Below, piece by piece: positions 1 through 8,741 of a stretch of DNA of 36,943 nucleotides; the first letter of the stretch is position 1, and each line of letters opens with the position of its first letter. The translations under genes and the position numbers were made by a program. Where the stretch lies: positions 1 to 36,943 of the forward strand of contig JANOTL010000050.1 in NCBI GenBank assembly GCA_031416315.1, in the 5' to 3' direction. Source of the DNA: Pseudomonadota bacterium. GTDB lineage: Bacteria; Bdellovibrionota_B; Oligoflexia; Oligoflexales; CAIYRB01. Under the pieces are notes generated by a model. The model ran no database searches, was not told the origin of the DNA, and saw only the letters and a program-made list of their open reading frames with translations.

Positions 1-2
1 CC

Positions 3-1166
3 GATGCGCAAAGGATCCTCCAGACCGTCGGCGCCTCCGACGTCTACGGCGCCTTCCTCGAGCGCGCCGCCTACGTGAAGATGGAGCAGAACGACGCTGC
101 CGGAGCCTACAAGCTCTTCCAGCTCGCGTTGAAAGAGGCGCCACTTGGCCCGACCGCGCTGCAGATGAGCCTGAACATGACGGGCCTCGCCGCGCAGCTG
201 AAGAACACGCCTTTGATCCTCTACAATGTCAAGGCGTTGCAGAAGACCTACCTCAACAAAAAGTCGAAGTGGGCCAAGAAGCAGAAAAAACCCGAGCTGA
301 AGAAGGTCGCGAAGCAGCTCGAGACGGTCTTCTTCGACTATGCCGCAGGCCTCGACCAAGCCGCGCGCGCCGACCAGAAGCCGGCTTCGATCCAGGCGTC
401 TGAGCAAATGTATCAGATCTTCCTGAAGCAGTACCCGAAGTCGCCCAAAGCGTACGACGCCAAATACTACTATGGGCAGATGCTTTATCTCGCCAAGAAG
501 TACACGGAGTCGGCGACGACCCTTTACGCGATGGTGAAAGAGAACCCGAAAGGCAAGTACACGAAGGACACCATGGACATCATGGTGACCGCCGCGCAAT
601 ACGCCGTGGACTCCGACAAGAACAAGAACGAAGTGATGCCGAAGCCCGGCACCATCAAGAAGAAGATGAAGATCCCGGCGAACAAGCAGGCCTATGCCGA
701 CGCGCTCGAGATGTATACCAGAATGACGCCGAGAAACGCCAACACGCCCGCGATGATCTACGCCTCGGGCACGGTTTACTACGACTACGGCGACTATAAA
801 GAAGGCAACAAGCGCTACTATCAATACATCAACGCCTACCCGACCCACGACTTCGCCAAGCTCGCCGCGGCGCGCATGCTCGAATACGGCAAGTTGCAGG
901 GGGACGAGGACGAGAACGAGAAGCTGAAGAACCAGGTGAAGTCGGTCCAAGGCATGGCCGCCGCGCAGGAGCTGCAGCAGTATTTCGTCGTCGCCAAAAA
1001 AGAGAAGGGCGAGAAGAAGAAGAAAAAGAAGAAGAAGAAAAAAGACTCCGAAGACGGCGAAGGCGGCGGCGAGGGCAGCGAAGCCGTGGCCGAAGAAGGT
1101 GGTGGTAGCGATGCCGAGGCGGTGCCGGCCTCGGAGACGGAAGAAGGCGGATCCGCGGAGGAGTGA
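3..1166 (+). CDS. Tetratricopeptide-repeat protein, 5' partial; C-terminal Lys10 block followed by an acidic tail
   Basis: Frame is open from position 3 (DAQRILQTVG...). TPR-like helices such as YQIFLKQYPKSPKAYDAKYYYGQMLY and YYQYINAYPTHDFA. Resembles envelope/gliding-type TPR proteins, but the family is not assigned. Confidence 0.8.
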   Translation, partial: DAQRILQTVGASDVYGAFLERAAYVKMEQNDAAGAYKLFQLALKEAPLGPTALQMSLNMTGLAAQLKNTPLILYNVKALQKTYLNKKSKWAKKQKKPELKKVAKQLETVFFDYAAGLDQAARADQKPASIQASEQMYQIFLKQYPKSPKAYDAKYYYGQMLYLAKKYTESATTLYAMVKENPKGKYTKDTMDIMVTAAQYAVDSDKNKNEVMPKPGTIKKKMKIPANKQAYADALEMYTRMTPRNANTPAMIYASGTVYYDYGDYKEGNKRYYQYINAYPTHDFAKLAAARMLEYGKLQGDEDENEKLKNQVKSVQGMAAAQELQQYFVVAKKEKGEKKKKKKKKKKDSEDGEGGGEGSEAVAEEGGGSDAEAVPASETEEGGSAEE

Positions 1167-1181
1167 CGCGAAGCGCGCGAT

Positions 1182-1240
1182 GGCGCGAAGAAGAAGGGCG
1201 CGGAGACCAATAGTCTCCGCGCCCTTCGCTCCTTCGCGCC
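1182..1240. terminator. GC-rich hairpin between convergent genes (bidirectional terminator or REP-like element)
   Basis: Perfect 15-bp inverted repeat GAAGGGCGCGGAGAC (1193-1207) / GTCTCCGCGCCCTTC (1213-1227), with outer arms GGCGCGAAG (1182-1190) / CTTCGCGCC (1232-1240). Confidence 0.65.
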
Positions 1241-1267
1241 CTTCGCGCCTTGCCCGAACTTGCCCTC

Positions 1268-2875
1268 TCAGTGCACCTCGTACTCCAAAGGCACCGTCAG
1301 CCCAGACTTGCCCGTAAGCGTATCCAAGGCCGCACTCCCCGCCGAGATCTCCTTGATCTTCTTCGACTTGCTCCCGAGCACCTCGTCGGCGTCACCTGGA
1401 TCGTCCTCTATCACCAACACCTCGATCTCGCCTTCGTCCTCGGAGATCCCCATGCCTTTCATGGTCTCGGTCAGGAGCGCCAACGGCAAGTCGAACGTGT
1501 GCGTCAGGTTGTTGCAGCGCGGCTTGTCGTAAGTCGTCGGCGTACGGCGGAGGCGCTTTGTCTTGCCGCCGCCCTTCACGCGCACCTCGACGTAGCACTC
1601 CCCCGGATTCCAGAGGCCGTCGGCGACGCCTTCGACGTCAAGCGCCTGGAACTTGGTCTTCAGCGTGATGCCTGCGCTCGTGAGCGCCGCGATCGTCGGC
1701 TTGCGGACCGGTAGCTCCAGCGCTTCCACGACGATGTCGTCTGGTTTCTTGCAGTCGCGGAATTTGCTGTGGCAGGCGCGCGCCGCGGCGTAAATCTTTT
1801 TCATCATGTCGTTGGTGCGCGTTTTTGCCTGACGCAAGGCGTTCTGTTTCGGCGTATCGACGCCGACGAAAGAGTTGGTGTGCGAGAGGATATAGTCGAT
1901 GTCGCCGCGACGGTCGATGAGCTGCGTCTGGATTCCGGCGAGCTCGGCCATGACGTCCTGGGCGCTCATGACGGCCGCGCGGTAAGCGGCCGGCAGGGGC
2001 ACGTCAAGAGTGAAGTAGTCCTTGAAGGTGGCGGTGTATGCCGCGGCGTTGGTGGTGTTGGTGACGAAGTCGGGGAACTGCTTGATGCGCGTCATTAGGG
2101 CTTCCGGCGAGTCGACCAGGCCGACCTGCGCGGAGCCGGAGCCGCCTTTCTGGTAGGTCCAGATCTTCAGCTTCTTGTTCTTCACCGCATTGGTGAGCTT
2201 GAACTCGAAGGACTGCTGCGAGTTCACCTCGAACTGGTCGGTGGCCTGCAGCGCCAACTCGACCTCGCGCTTCATCTCGACCTTTTGCTCCTCGCTGTCG
2301 GTCTGGAGCTCGAGCACGCCGAAGAACTCGCCGCCGGTCGTATAGCCCGACATGAACGAGTCGCCGCAGCGTAGGCGCAGCTGATCGACGCGGTCGTCGG
2401 TCAGCGTCGCCGAGCCGAGCTCGGTTTTGATCGCGTCGTTGAGTCGCGCGTTGGTGAGCTGCTTGGTCTCGTTGCGCACCTGCGCTTTCGCGAGGATGAA
2501 GATCGAGTAGCGGTTCAAGGCGTACGAGGCGCCGAGCATGAACTTGGTCTTCGCCGACACCGTCGCCGGCGTGTCGGGGATCGCCGCTTTGACCGAGGAG
2601 GCGTTCGATACGTTGAGCGCCACGCCGAGGTCTTTGTGGTTCTCAATGATCTCGACGTTGAAGGTCGCCGTCTGGGCGTTGCCCGGCGCTTCGGCGCCGT
2701 CGAAATCGACGCAGGTGCCGCGCACGTCCTCGAATACCGTCTCGAAGCCGACACCCGGCTTCATGCCGAGCTCGCCCTCGAACGGGAGGACCTGCGTATC
2801 CTTGACTTGGGCCACGTCGCCGCCGGTTTTACAGGCGAGAACCGCGAATGCGAGGATGCCGATGCTTCTCTTCAT
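1268..2875 (-). CDS. Lipoprotein with MACPF-like domain and C-terminal C2-like domain (paralog B), 535 aa
   Basis: Lipobox VLA-C; SD GGAGAGG upstream; CGDSF-MSGYTT-GG has MACPF signature spacing; C-terminus contains DGLWNPGECYVEV...IEVLVIEDDPGDADEVLG; aligns by eye with the upstream ORF over its full length. Confidence 0.75.
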   Translation of the reverse strand: MKRSIGILAFAVLACKTGGDVAQVKDTQVLPFEGELGMKPGVGFETVFEDVRGTCVDFDGAEAPGNAQTATFNVEIIENHKDLGVALNVSNASSVKAAIPDTPATVSAKTKFMLGASYALNRYSIFILAKAQVRNETKQLTNARLNDAIKTELGSATLTDDRVDQLRLRCGDSFMSGYTTGGEFFGVLELQTDSEEQKVEMKREVELALQATDQFEVNSQQSFEFKLTNAVKNKKLKIWTYQKGGSGSAQVGLVDSPEALMTRIKQFPDFVTNTTNAAAYTATFKDYFTLDVPLPAAYRAAVMSAQDVMAELAGIQTQLIDRRGDIDYILSHTNSFVGVDTPKQNALRQAKTRTNDMMKKIYAAARACHSKFRDCKKPDDIVVEALELPVRKPTIAALTSAGITLKTKFQALDVEGVADGLWNPGECYVEVRVKGGGKTKRLRRTPTTYDKPRCNNLTHTFDLPLALLTETMKGMGISEDEGEIEVLVIEDDPGDADEVLGSKSKKIKEISAGSAALDTLTGKSGLTVPLEYEVH

Positions 2876-2890
2876 GTTCTGCGCCTCTCC

Positions 2891-4525
2891 TTAGTATTCG
2901 ATCTCGAGGCCTGCATCCAGGTTCACGAGACTGTTGTTGATGCCTTGCAGCTTCGCGCCGTCCTTCAAATCCTTGAAGTAAACCCAGGTCGAGCCGATCA
3001 GGTCGTCGTAGTAGGGATCGTCCTCGAAGAGCTGCACCTCGATCCAGCCGTTGTCGACCGAAGCGCCGAGGTTCGCGAAGGCGTCCTTCAGGATCGCGAC
3101 CGGGATCGAGAACTCGGTCGCCAAGTTGCGGCAGCGCGGCTCGGAGAAGTCCGTCTCGTTGCGCCGCACCGGAATGCGGTTGCCGTCGCCCTTGCCCGCG
3201 TTGATCTGGACGTAGCATTCGGCCGGGTTCCAGACGCCGTCGCGGAGCTTGTTGACGTTGGCGTAGTGCAGCGTCGTCTTCACCTTCAGCTTCTCTTGCG
3301 ACAGCGCCTGAAGGTTCGGTTTCCGCCGCGGCAGCTCGAACGCCGGAACGCTGAGCTCTGCCGGTTTCTTGCAGTTGACGTAGTCCGTCGCGCAGCCTTT
3401 GCCGACGTCGAGCACCCGACGCGCGCGACGATCAATTTCGGCTTTCATATCGCGCATCTGGACCAGTTTCGCCGCGTCGACGCCGACGAAGGATGCGGGC
3501 TGCGTGAGGATGTAGTCGAGGTTGCCTTGGAGGTCGAGAAGCCCGGCCTGCACGTCGGCGAGCTCGCGCATCACGCTCTTTGCGGCGTCGAGCTTCGTCC
3601 GATATTCCGCCGGTAGATTCAGCGAGAGCGTCATGTAGTCGGCGAAGGTCGCCGTGAGCGGGCGCGGGTTCGTGCCTTGCTTCACCGAGTCGGCGAGGCC
3701 CTTGAGTCGATTCATGAGCTCGTCGACCGAGGTGACGAGGCCGACCTCTTCTTCGCCAGCACCGCCCCGCTGGAACGTCCAGATGCGGATGTCGCGGTTC
3801 GCCGAGAGCGAAGCGAGGTTCCCCTGCATCGCGCCGGTCGTGGTCGCGCCGTTGCCGTTCCCCTGTTGCGAGTACTTGCCCTTGATGCTCGCCGTCGTCT
3901 CGTCGGTGTCGGTCTTGATCTCGATCAAGGCGACGAACTCGCCGCCGGTCGAGTAGCCGGTGAGGTAGGAGTCGCCGCACTGCGAGCGGAACTGACCCAA
4001 AGCCGTCGCCGGATTCGCCTCGACCGCCGCCTTTTGCTCGGCTTTCACCCGCGGATTCTTCAAAAAAGTGGTCTCGTTGCGCACGCGCGCGGAGACCATG
4101 ACGAAGACGGAGTAGCGGTTGATGGAGAAGACGTTGCCGAGCGCGAACTTCGTCTTTCGCGAGGTCGGCGAGTCGGTGTTCGGCGCCGCCGAGCGCACTT
4201 GCGCCGCCGCCGAGATGCCGATCTTCCCGGAAAGGTCGCGGCTGCTCTCGATCAGTTGGATGTCGTACTGCGCCTCCTGCGAAGTGCCGCCCGTCTCCAA
4301 CCCGTCGAAGTCGACGCAGGTGCCGCGCACGTCCTCGAGGATGCCCTCGAAGCCCACGGCCGGCTTCATGCCGAGCTCGTCTTCGTAAGCTCGCACCTCG
4401 GTCTCTTTCAGCTCCGCGCCTGTCGAGCGGCCGCCGACCGTCTTGCAGGCGGGTAGGGCCAGGAGCGCGAGGAGGGGAGGAATACAGTAGAGCGCCGTGC
4501 TGCCGGCTGAGGGACGGAGCGCCAT
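2891..4525 (-). CDS. Lipoprotein with MACPF-like domain and C-terminal C2-like domain (paralog A), 544 aa
   Basis: Lipobox LPA-C; FRSQCGDSY-LTGYST-GGEF; C-terminus contains DGVWNPAECYVQI...IEVQLFEDDPYYDDLIGST; 15 bp gap to paralog B. Confidence 0.75.
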   Translation of the reverse strand: MALRPSAGSTALYCIPPLLALLALPACKTVGGRSTGAELKETEVRAYEDELGMKPAVGFEGILEDVRGTCVDFDGLETGGTSQEAQYDIQLIESSRDLSGKIGISAAAQVRSAAPNTDSPTSRKTKFALGNVFSINRYSVFVMVSARVRNETTFLKNPRVKAEQKAAVEANPATALGQFRSQCGDSYLTGYSTGGEFVALIEIKTDTDETTASIKGKYSQQGNGNGATTTGAMQGNLASLSANRDIRIWTFQRGGAGEEEVGLVTSVDELMNRLKGLADSVKQGTNPRPLTATFADYMTLSLNLPAEYRTKLDAAKSVMRELADVQAGLLDLQGNLDYILTQPASFVGVDAAKLVQMRDMKAEIDRRARRVLDVGKGCATDYVNCKKPAELSVPAFELPRRKPNLQALSQEKLKVKTTLHYANVNKLRDGVWNPAECYVQINAGKGDGNRIPVRRNETDFSEPRCRNLATEFSIPVAILKDAFANLGASVDNGWIEVQLFEDDPYYDDLIGSTWVYFKDLKDGAKLQGINNSLVNLDAGLEIEY

Positions 4526-4700
4526 GCGGTCGCCTCTTGGTGGTGGGATTGTCTTTTATTCTATCTCTTTTGGGGGTTGGGTGTTTTCCCTGGGTTTTGG
4601 TGCCGATTCGAGGATGACGGTTTTTCGAGGGCAGGTTGGGGGTATCCGTCGGGCAATAGCCCGAGCCCAGATGCCACCTTTCGGGTCCGGGAAGGGTGTG

Positions 4701-4720
4701 AGCCGCCGCCGCAGGCGGCT
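4701..4720 (-). terminator. Short hairpin just after the acyl-CoA dehydrogenase stop codon
   Basis: AGCCGCC (4701-4707) / GGCGGCT (4714-4720); no U-tract, so terminator function is uncertain. Confidence 0.35.
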
Positions 4721-4722
4721 GC

Positions 4723-5877
4723 CTACTTCAGCGCCTGTTCCTCAAGAACCTGCCGCGAAATGATCAGCCTCTGAATCTGGTTGGTACCCTCGTAGATCTG
4801 GAAAATCTTCGCATCGCGGTAAAGCTTCTCCACCGGATACTCCGAGTTGTACCCATACCCGCCAAAAACCTGCACGGCATCCTGCGTCACGGCGACCGCG
4901 ATATCGCCGGCGAAGCACTTCGCGATCGACGCGAACTTCGTATTCCGCCGCCCCGCGTCGTGCTCACTCGCCGACTTGTAGACCAATAGCCGCGCCGCTT
5001 CGATCTTCTGGGCCATATCCGCAAGCATGAAGGCCACCGCCTGGTGCGCCGCAATCGGCTTCCCGAACGTTTGGCGCTCCTGCGCATACTTCACGGAATG
5101 CTCGAACGCGCACTGCGCGAGCCCCACGGCCGAGGTCGCCGTCCCCGGCCGGGAAAGATCGAACGCCTTCATCGCGATCTTGAAGCCGTCGCCCTCCTTC
5201 CCAAGGAGATACTTCTTCGGGATCTTCACGTCGGTAAACTTGATCCCGCGCGTGTCGGAGCAACGCTGCCCCATGTTGACCTCTTTTTTGCCGGGCGTGA
5301 TTCCAGGCAGATCCGAAGGGAGGACGAAGGCGCACATCGCCTTGTGCCCGCCCGCGGTATCGAGCGTCGCGAGGACGTAGTACCAGGCCGCTTTCCCGGC
5401 GTTGGTGATCCACATCTTCTCGCCGTTCATGATGTACCCGTCGCCGTCGCGCTTCACGACGGTGCGAAGGCTTTGCACGTCGCTGCCGGCGTTCGGCTCG
5501 GTGACGCAATATGCCGCCATTTTCACGTCATTCAGCATCGGCTTCGCGAACTGCTCGAGTTGCTCTTGATTGCCCGCGATCAGGAGAGGCCCTAGCGCCA
5601 GATCGTTTGCCGCCATGGCCGTCTGCATCCCCGTGCAGCCGTACGCGAGCTCTTCGCTCACGATCATCTGATCCAGCAGCGGCAGCTCCATGCCGCCGAT
5701 GCTCGCCGGCAGGGACATGTTCATCAGGCCCGCGGCGTGCGCCTTTTTGATGACCTCCCAGGGATACTCCATGGACTGGTCGTGCTTCGCCGCGCCGGGC
5801 ATCATTTCCTGCCGCGCGAACTTGCGCGCTGCCTCCTGCATCGCCTGCTGCTGCTCGTTCAAGGCAAAATCGATCAT
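4723..5877 (-). CDS. Acyl-CoA dehydrogenase (MCAD/SCAD-like), 384 aa
   Basis: Motifs YCVTEPNAGSD, NGEKMWITN, QVFGGYGY and KIFQIYEGTNQIQR. Start reassigned to ATG 5877 (MIDFALNE), which has GAGG upstream. Confidence 0.95.
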   Translation of the reverse strand: MIDFALNEQQQAMQEAARKFARQEMMPGAAKHDQSMEYPWEVIKKAHAAGLMNMSLPASIGGMELPLLDQMIVSEELAYGCTGMQTAMAANDLALGPLLIAGNQEQLEQFAKPMLNDVKMAAYCVTEPNAGSDVQSLRTVVKRDGDGYIMNGEKMWITNAGKAAWYYVLATLDTAGGHKAMCAFVLPSDLPGITPGKKEVNMGQRCSDTRGIKFTDVKIPKKYLLGKEGDGFKIAMKAFDLSRPGTATSAVGLAQCAFEHSVKYAQERQTFGKPIAAHQAVAFMLADMAQKIEAARLLVYKSASEHDAGRRNTKFASIAKCFAGDIAVAVTQDAVQVFGGYGYNSEYPVEKLYRDAKIFQIYEGTNQIQRLIISRQVLEEQALK

Positions 5878-5944
5878 CTTCCGTATCCTCAAGTAGTTAC
5901 GGCACAGATTGCCACGCCCCTGCCTTCCTGGCAAAGTCTCAGCC

Positions 5945-6985
5945 ATGCTCCAAGCCCTCGCGTTTCTCTCGATCTTCCTCGGGATCGCCTCGCCCGCAGT
6001 GGCGGCGGAGACCGTGATCCGCATTCGCTACGCGACCTCAAGCGCAATGAGCCTGCGCGGCACGTCGCCGCTCTCGTGGAGCAAGGACACGCCGCTCGTG
6101 CGCGTCGCGCCCGATCTCTTCGAGCTGCGCTTGAAGGGCGCGCCCGCGGAGGTGAAGCCGCTTTTGGACGGCGCGTGGTCGCTAGGCGCGAATTTCCGCG
6201 TCACGCCGGAAGGAACGACCGAGCTATTGCCGCGCTTCCACACGGCGAAGGGCCGCGTCGTCCTGTTCGAGCCGCGCTTCGCCTCGCGCATTCTCGAGAA
6301 CGAGCGCCCCATTTGGGTGTATCTGCCGCCGAGCTACGACGAGAATCCCGCGGCGCGTTTTCCGGTCCTCTACATGCACGACGGCCAGAACGTCTTCGAG
6401 AGCTGGCTCGTCGACGACTCCCTCGACCTTTTGTTCGGGGGAGACGATCCGCCGCGCGAGGCGATCGTCGTGGGCGTCGCGCACGCGGGCGACGCGCGCC
6501 TCAGCGAATACACGCCGACCCCCGGAGAAAACGGCGGTGGCCGCGCCGCGCTCTACCTGCGGTTTCTCCGCACGGAGCTGAAGCCGCGCATCGACTCGAC
6601 CTTTCGCACGCTGCCGGACGCGGCGAACACCGGCCTCATGGGCTCGTCCCTCGGCGGCCTCGTCTCGGTTTTTGCCGCTGCGTCCGAGCCCGCCTTCTGG
6701 GGCTTTGCCGGCATCGTCTCGCCCTCGATTTGGTGGGACCGGCGCTCTGTCCTGCGCCTGATTCCGGGGCTTGAGCATGCCGAGCCTCGCCCGCTGCGCC
6801 TCTACGTCGACAGCGGCGACGACGGCCGGGCCGACACGGAACGGCTCGCGACGGCGCTCGAAGCCGCGGGCTACGTCCTTGGCGGCTCGCTCGAGTATGT
6901 TTACGTCGCGGGCGACCGACATGACGAAGCGGCGTGGTCCCGCCGCTTTCCGGCGGCCGCCCGCTTCCTGCTCGGCCCCCGCTAA
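5945..6985 (+). CDS. Secreted alpha/beta-hydrolase (Fes/IroE-like esterase family) with a small N-terminal beta domain, possibly CBM-like
   Basis: Signal peptide MLQALAFL...AVAA; VYLPPSY, PVLYMHDGQN, nucleophile motif GSSLGG, and HDEAAW. Confidence 0.88.
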   Translation: MLQALAFLSIFLGIASPAVAAETVIRIRYATSSAMSLRGTSPLSWSKDTPLVRVAPDLFELRLKGAPAEVKPLLDGAWSLGANFRVTPEGTTELLPRFHTAKGRVVLFEPRFASRILENERPIWVYLPPSYDENPAARFPVLYMHDGQNVFESWLVDDSLDLLFGGDDPPREAIVVGVAHAGDARLSEYTPTPGENGGGRAALYLRFLRTELKPRIDSTFRTLPDAANTGLMGSSLGGLVSVFAAASEPAFWGFAGIVSPSIWWDRRSVLRLIPGLEHAEPRPLRLYVDSGDDGRADTERLATALEAAGYVLGGSLEYVYVAGDRHDEAAWSRRFPAAARFLLGPR

Positions 6986-7022
6986 GGGCCTTTCTAATAA
7001 GGCTCGGGGTGCTGGATAGCAC

Positions 7023-7079
7023 TCCCGCGATCTGCAACCGCCGACAGCCGCCTGCCGTCAGCGGTTGCAGATCGCGGGA
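7023..7079. terminator. Long perfect inverted repeat between convergent genes
   Basis: 19-bp arms TCCCGCGATCTGCAACCGC (7023-7041) / GCGGTTGCAGATCGCGGGA (7061-7079). Confidence 0.7.
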
Positions 7080-7115
7080 CCGTAAACCTGCGTCCCGCGC
7101 CTTTTTAGACTCCAT

Positions 7116-8039
7116 CTAAGGGAACATCGGCACCGGCTGGCCGTTGTCCTTGTAGATCAAGGTCATGGCCGCCGAATCCTCGCAGCGGCGCCCCCCTTGC
7201 CGCGTGACGAGCGAGCCGAAGGGAACGCTGACACAACCGTCCGCGCCGAGCGGACCGATAACGAGGTTCACGATGTTTGCCGGCAGCGAGTCTTTGTTGA
7301 CGATCTCCGCCGAGCCGCCGCAGGTTTTCCCGCCGAAGCCGAAGACGCCCTCTTCACCCGCGCATACGAGCTTCGCGGGGGCCAACTGATAGCGCTCCAA
7401 ATTGATCCGCGTGCACATCACGTTGCCGTTGCCGTCGACGACGCCCGTCATCACTTCGCCGGCGCCGCACGTGCGGCTGCGCGTCTGATGCACCTCGGCG
7501 GGTTTCTTGCTCAGCACGTCGCCGGAAGGCAGGCCGCAGCAAACGTAAGAAGACGGCACGCTCGAGTTCTTCGACATGTCGTCCATCGTATACATCGCCA
7601 TCGCGGCCGGGCATTTCGCGCCCACGCCGATCACCACCTGATTGGCGCCGTTGCACGGCTTCGGCAGGATCTTCATCTCGGTCTCGTCGAAGCCGAGCTC
7701 GCCCTCCGAGCCGGAGCCGGCGGCATCGATGTCGCTCCCCAGCCCGTCGCTGTTGGATCCCGACCCGTTGCCGAGCCCGCCTTTGCTGCCGGAGCCGCTG
7801 CCGTCGCTGCCGCCGTTGCCGGTGCTCCCGCCGCCGGTGCCGCCGGTCGCGCCGCCGCCCGTGGCTTTGCCCGTGGTGGGGCCGCCCGTCGCCGTGGTGC
7901 CGCCCGGATCTTTCGGCGACTTCGACTTCGACTCCGCCTTCGCCTTGTCGGCGTCCCCCGCGAAATCGGAGTCGTTGCAGGCGGAAACGCCGGCGGCCAA
8001 CACGAAGAACGCGAGAATCTGAGTCAATCGTTTGCGCAT
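7116..8039 (-). CDS. Lipoprotein with Gly/Ser/Thr-rich linker and Cys-rich C-terminal domain, 307 aa
   Basis: Start ATG 8039 (MRKRLTQILAFFVLAAGVSA-C); low-complexity linker; 10 Cys in the C-terminal domain. Confidence 0.8.
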   Translation of the reverse strand: MRKRLTQILAFFVLAAGVSACNDSDFAGDADKAKAESKSKSPKDPGGTTATGGPTTGKATGGGATGGTGGGSTGNGGSDGSGSGSKGGLGNGSGSNSDGLGSDIDAAGSGSEGELGFDETEMKILPKPCNGANQVVIGVGAKCPAAMAMYTMDDMSKNSSVPSSYVCCGLPSGDVLSKKPAEVHQTRSRTCGAGEVMTGVVDGNGNVMCTRINLERYQLAPAKLVCAGEEGVFGFGGKTCGGSAEIVNKDSLPANIVNLVIGPLGADGCVSVPFGSLVTRQGGRRCEDSAAMTLIYKDNGQPVPMFP

Positions 8040-8626
8040 GATGCCCTTATCGGCACGGGCAAGGCCCGGCTTGAGCGCGCGACCCCCGCGCGAATACAGC
8101 CGAAAGTCAGGTGCGCGTAGGAAATCAACGCTAAGGCCGCCAAGGGGATGCCTAGGATCTGTACGGGCCAGGCATAGGTCCACACCCCGAAGGCGACGCA
8201 GAGGGACTCGCCGAAGAGCGGCAAGGCCATCCCGAGCGCGTATGCCGCGCCGATGCGTTTCAGAGGCGACAGGGTCGGCGGTAAGGCCTTCTCGATCTGG
8301 TGCAGGAGCTCGCCCGCCGCCGACCATGCCAGCGGCACCCAGAGCGGCACGTGCTGCCCCGGCGGCAGATCGTGATAGGTCCAGTGCCCGAGCATCGTCC
8401 CCCAGGACTCCGTGAGATATCCGATCACACCGGTCGTGACGATGACGAAGGCCTGCTCCAAGGCTGGCCGCGCGGCCCGGGACTTCACTCCCGTCCGCAC
8501 CACGTAGGCGGCGAGCAAGACGGCGAGGATCGCCGCCAAAAGCTCTTGGTGCCGGTAGGTCGCCATGACCAAGCCGGCGCCGGCACCCGTAAGACCCACT
8601 ACCGAAAGCAATTTGTGCAAGAGCAT
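8024..8626 (-). CDS. Integral membrane protein with an internal duplication (DUF2878/carotenoid-biosynthesis-membrane-protein-like)
   Basis: About six hydrophobic segments; two copies of E-x4-7-G-x-WTY...P-L (ESWGTMLGHWTY..VPLW and ESLCVAFGVWTY..IPLA). Confidence 0.7.
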   Translation of the reverse strand: MLLHKLLSVVGLTGAGAGLVMATYRHQELLAAILAVLLAAYVVRTGVKSRAARPALEQAFVIVTTGVIGYLTESWGTMLGHWTYHDLPPGQHVPLWVPLAWSAAGELLHQIEKALPPTLSPLKRIGAAYALGMALPLFGESLCVAFGVWTYAWPVQILGIPLAALALISYAHLTFGCIRAGVARSSRALPVPIRASCAND

Positions 8627-8741
8627 CGGCCGATTCTAGCGCAAGGATCTGCAGTATTGCACCCGCAAAAAATGCGGTGTAAACAACGCGGCCCTAGCAC
8701 GCGCCCGCTCTTCATTCTTCTTCCCGAAGGGATCCCCCCTG

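Noticed and set aside
1166..1267. Immunity gene for the MACPF-like pair
   Set aside because: There is no room or ORF downstream of paralog B, and upstream is a promoter-like spacer; no adjacent immunity candidate is visible.
4670..4722. GGTCCGGGAAGG segment resembling SRP RNA
   Set aside because: It lacks the conserved CAGG...GGAA...AGCAG helix-8 context and the long enclosing stem.
4723..6024. Longer starts given by the ORF track for several genes (6024, 8327, 14586, 17614, 25363, 29464)
   Set aside because: The extensions overlap neighbours or precede the evident signal peptide or SD, so downstream ATGs were chosen.
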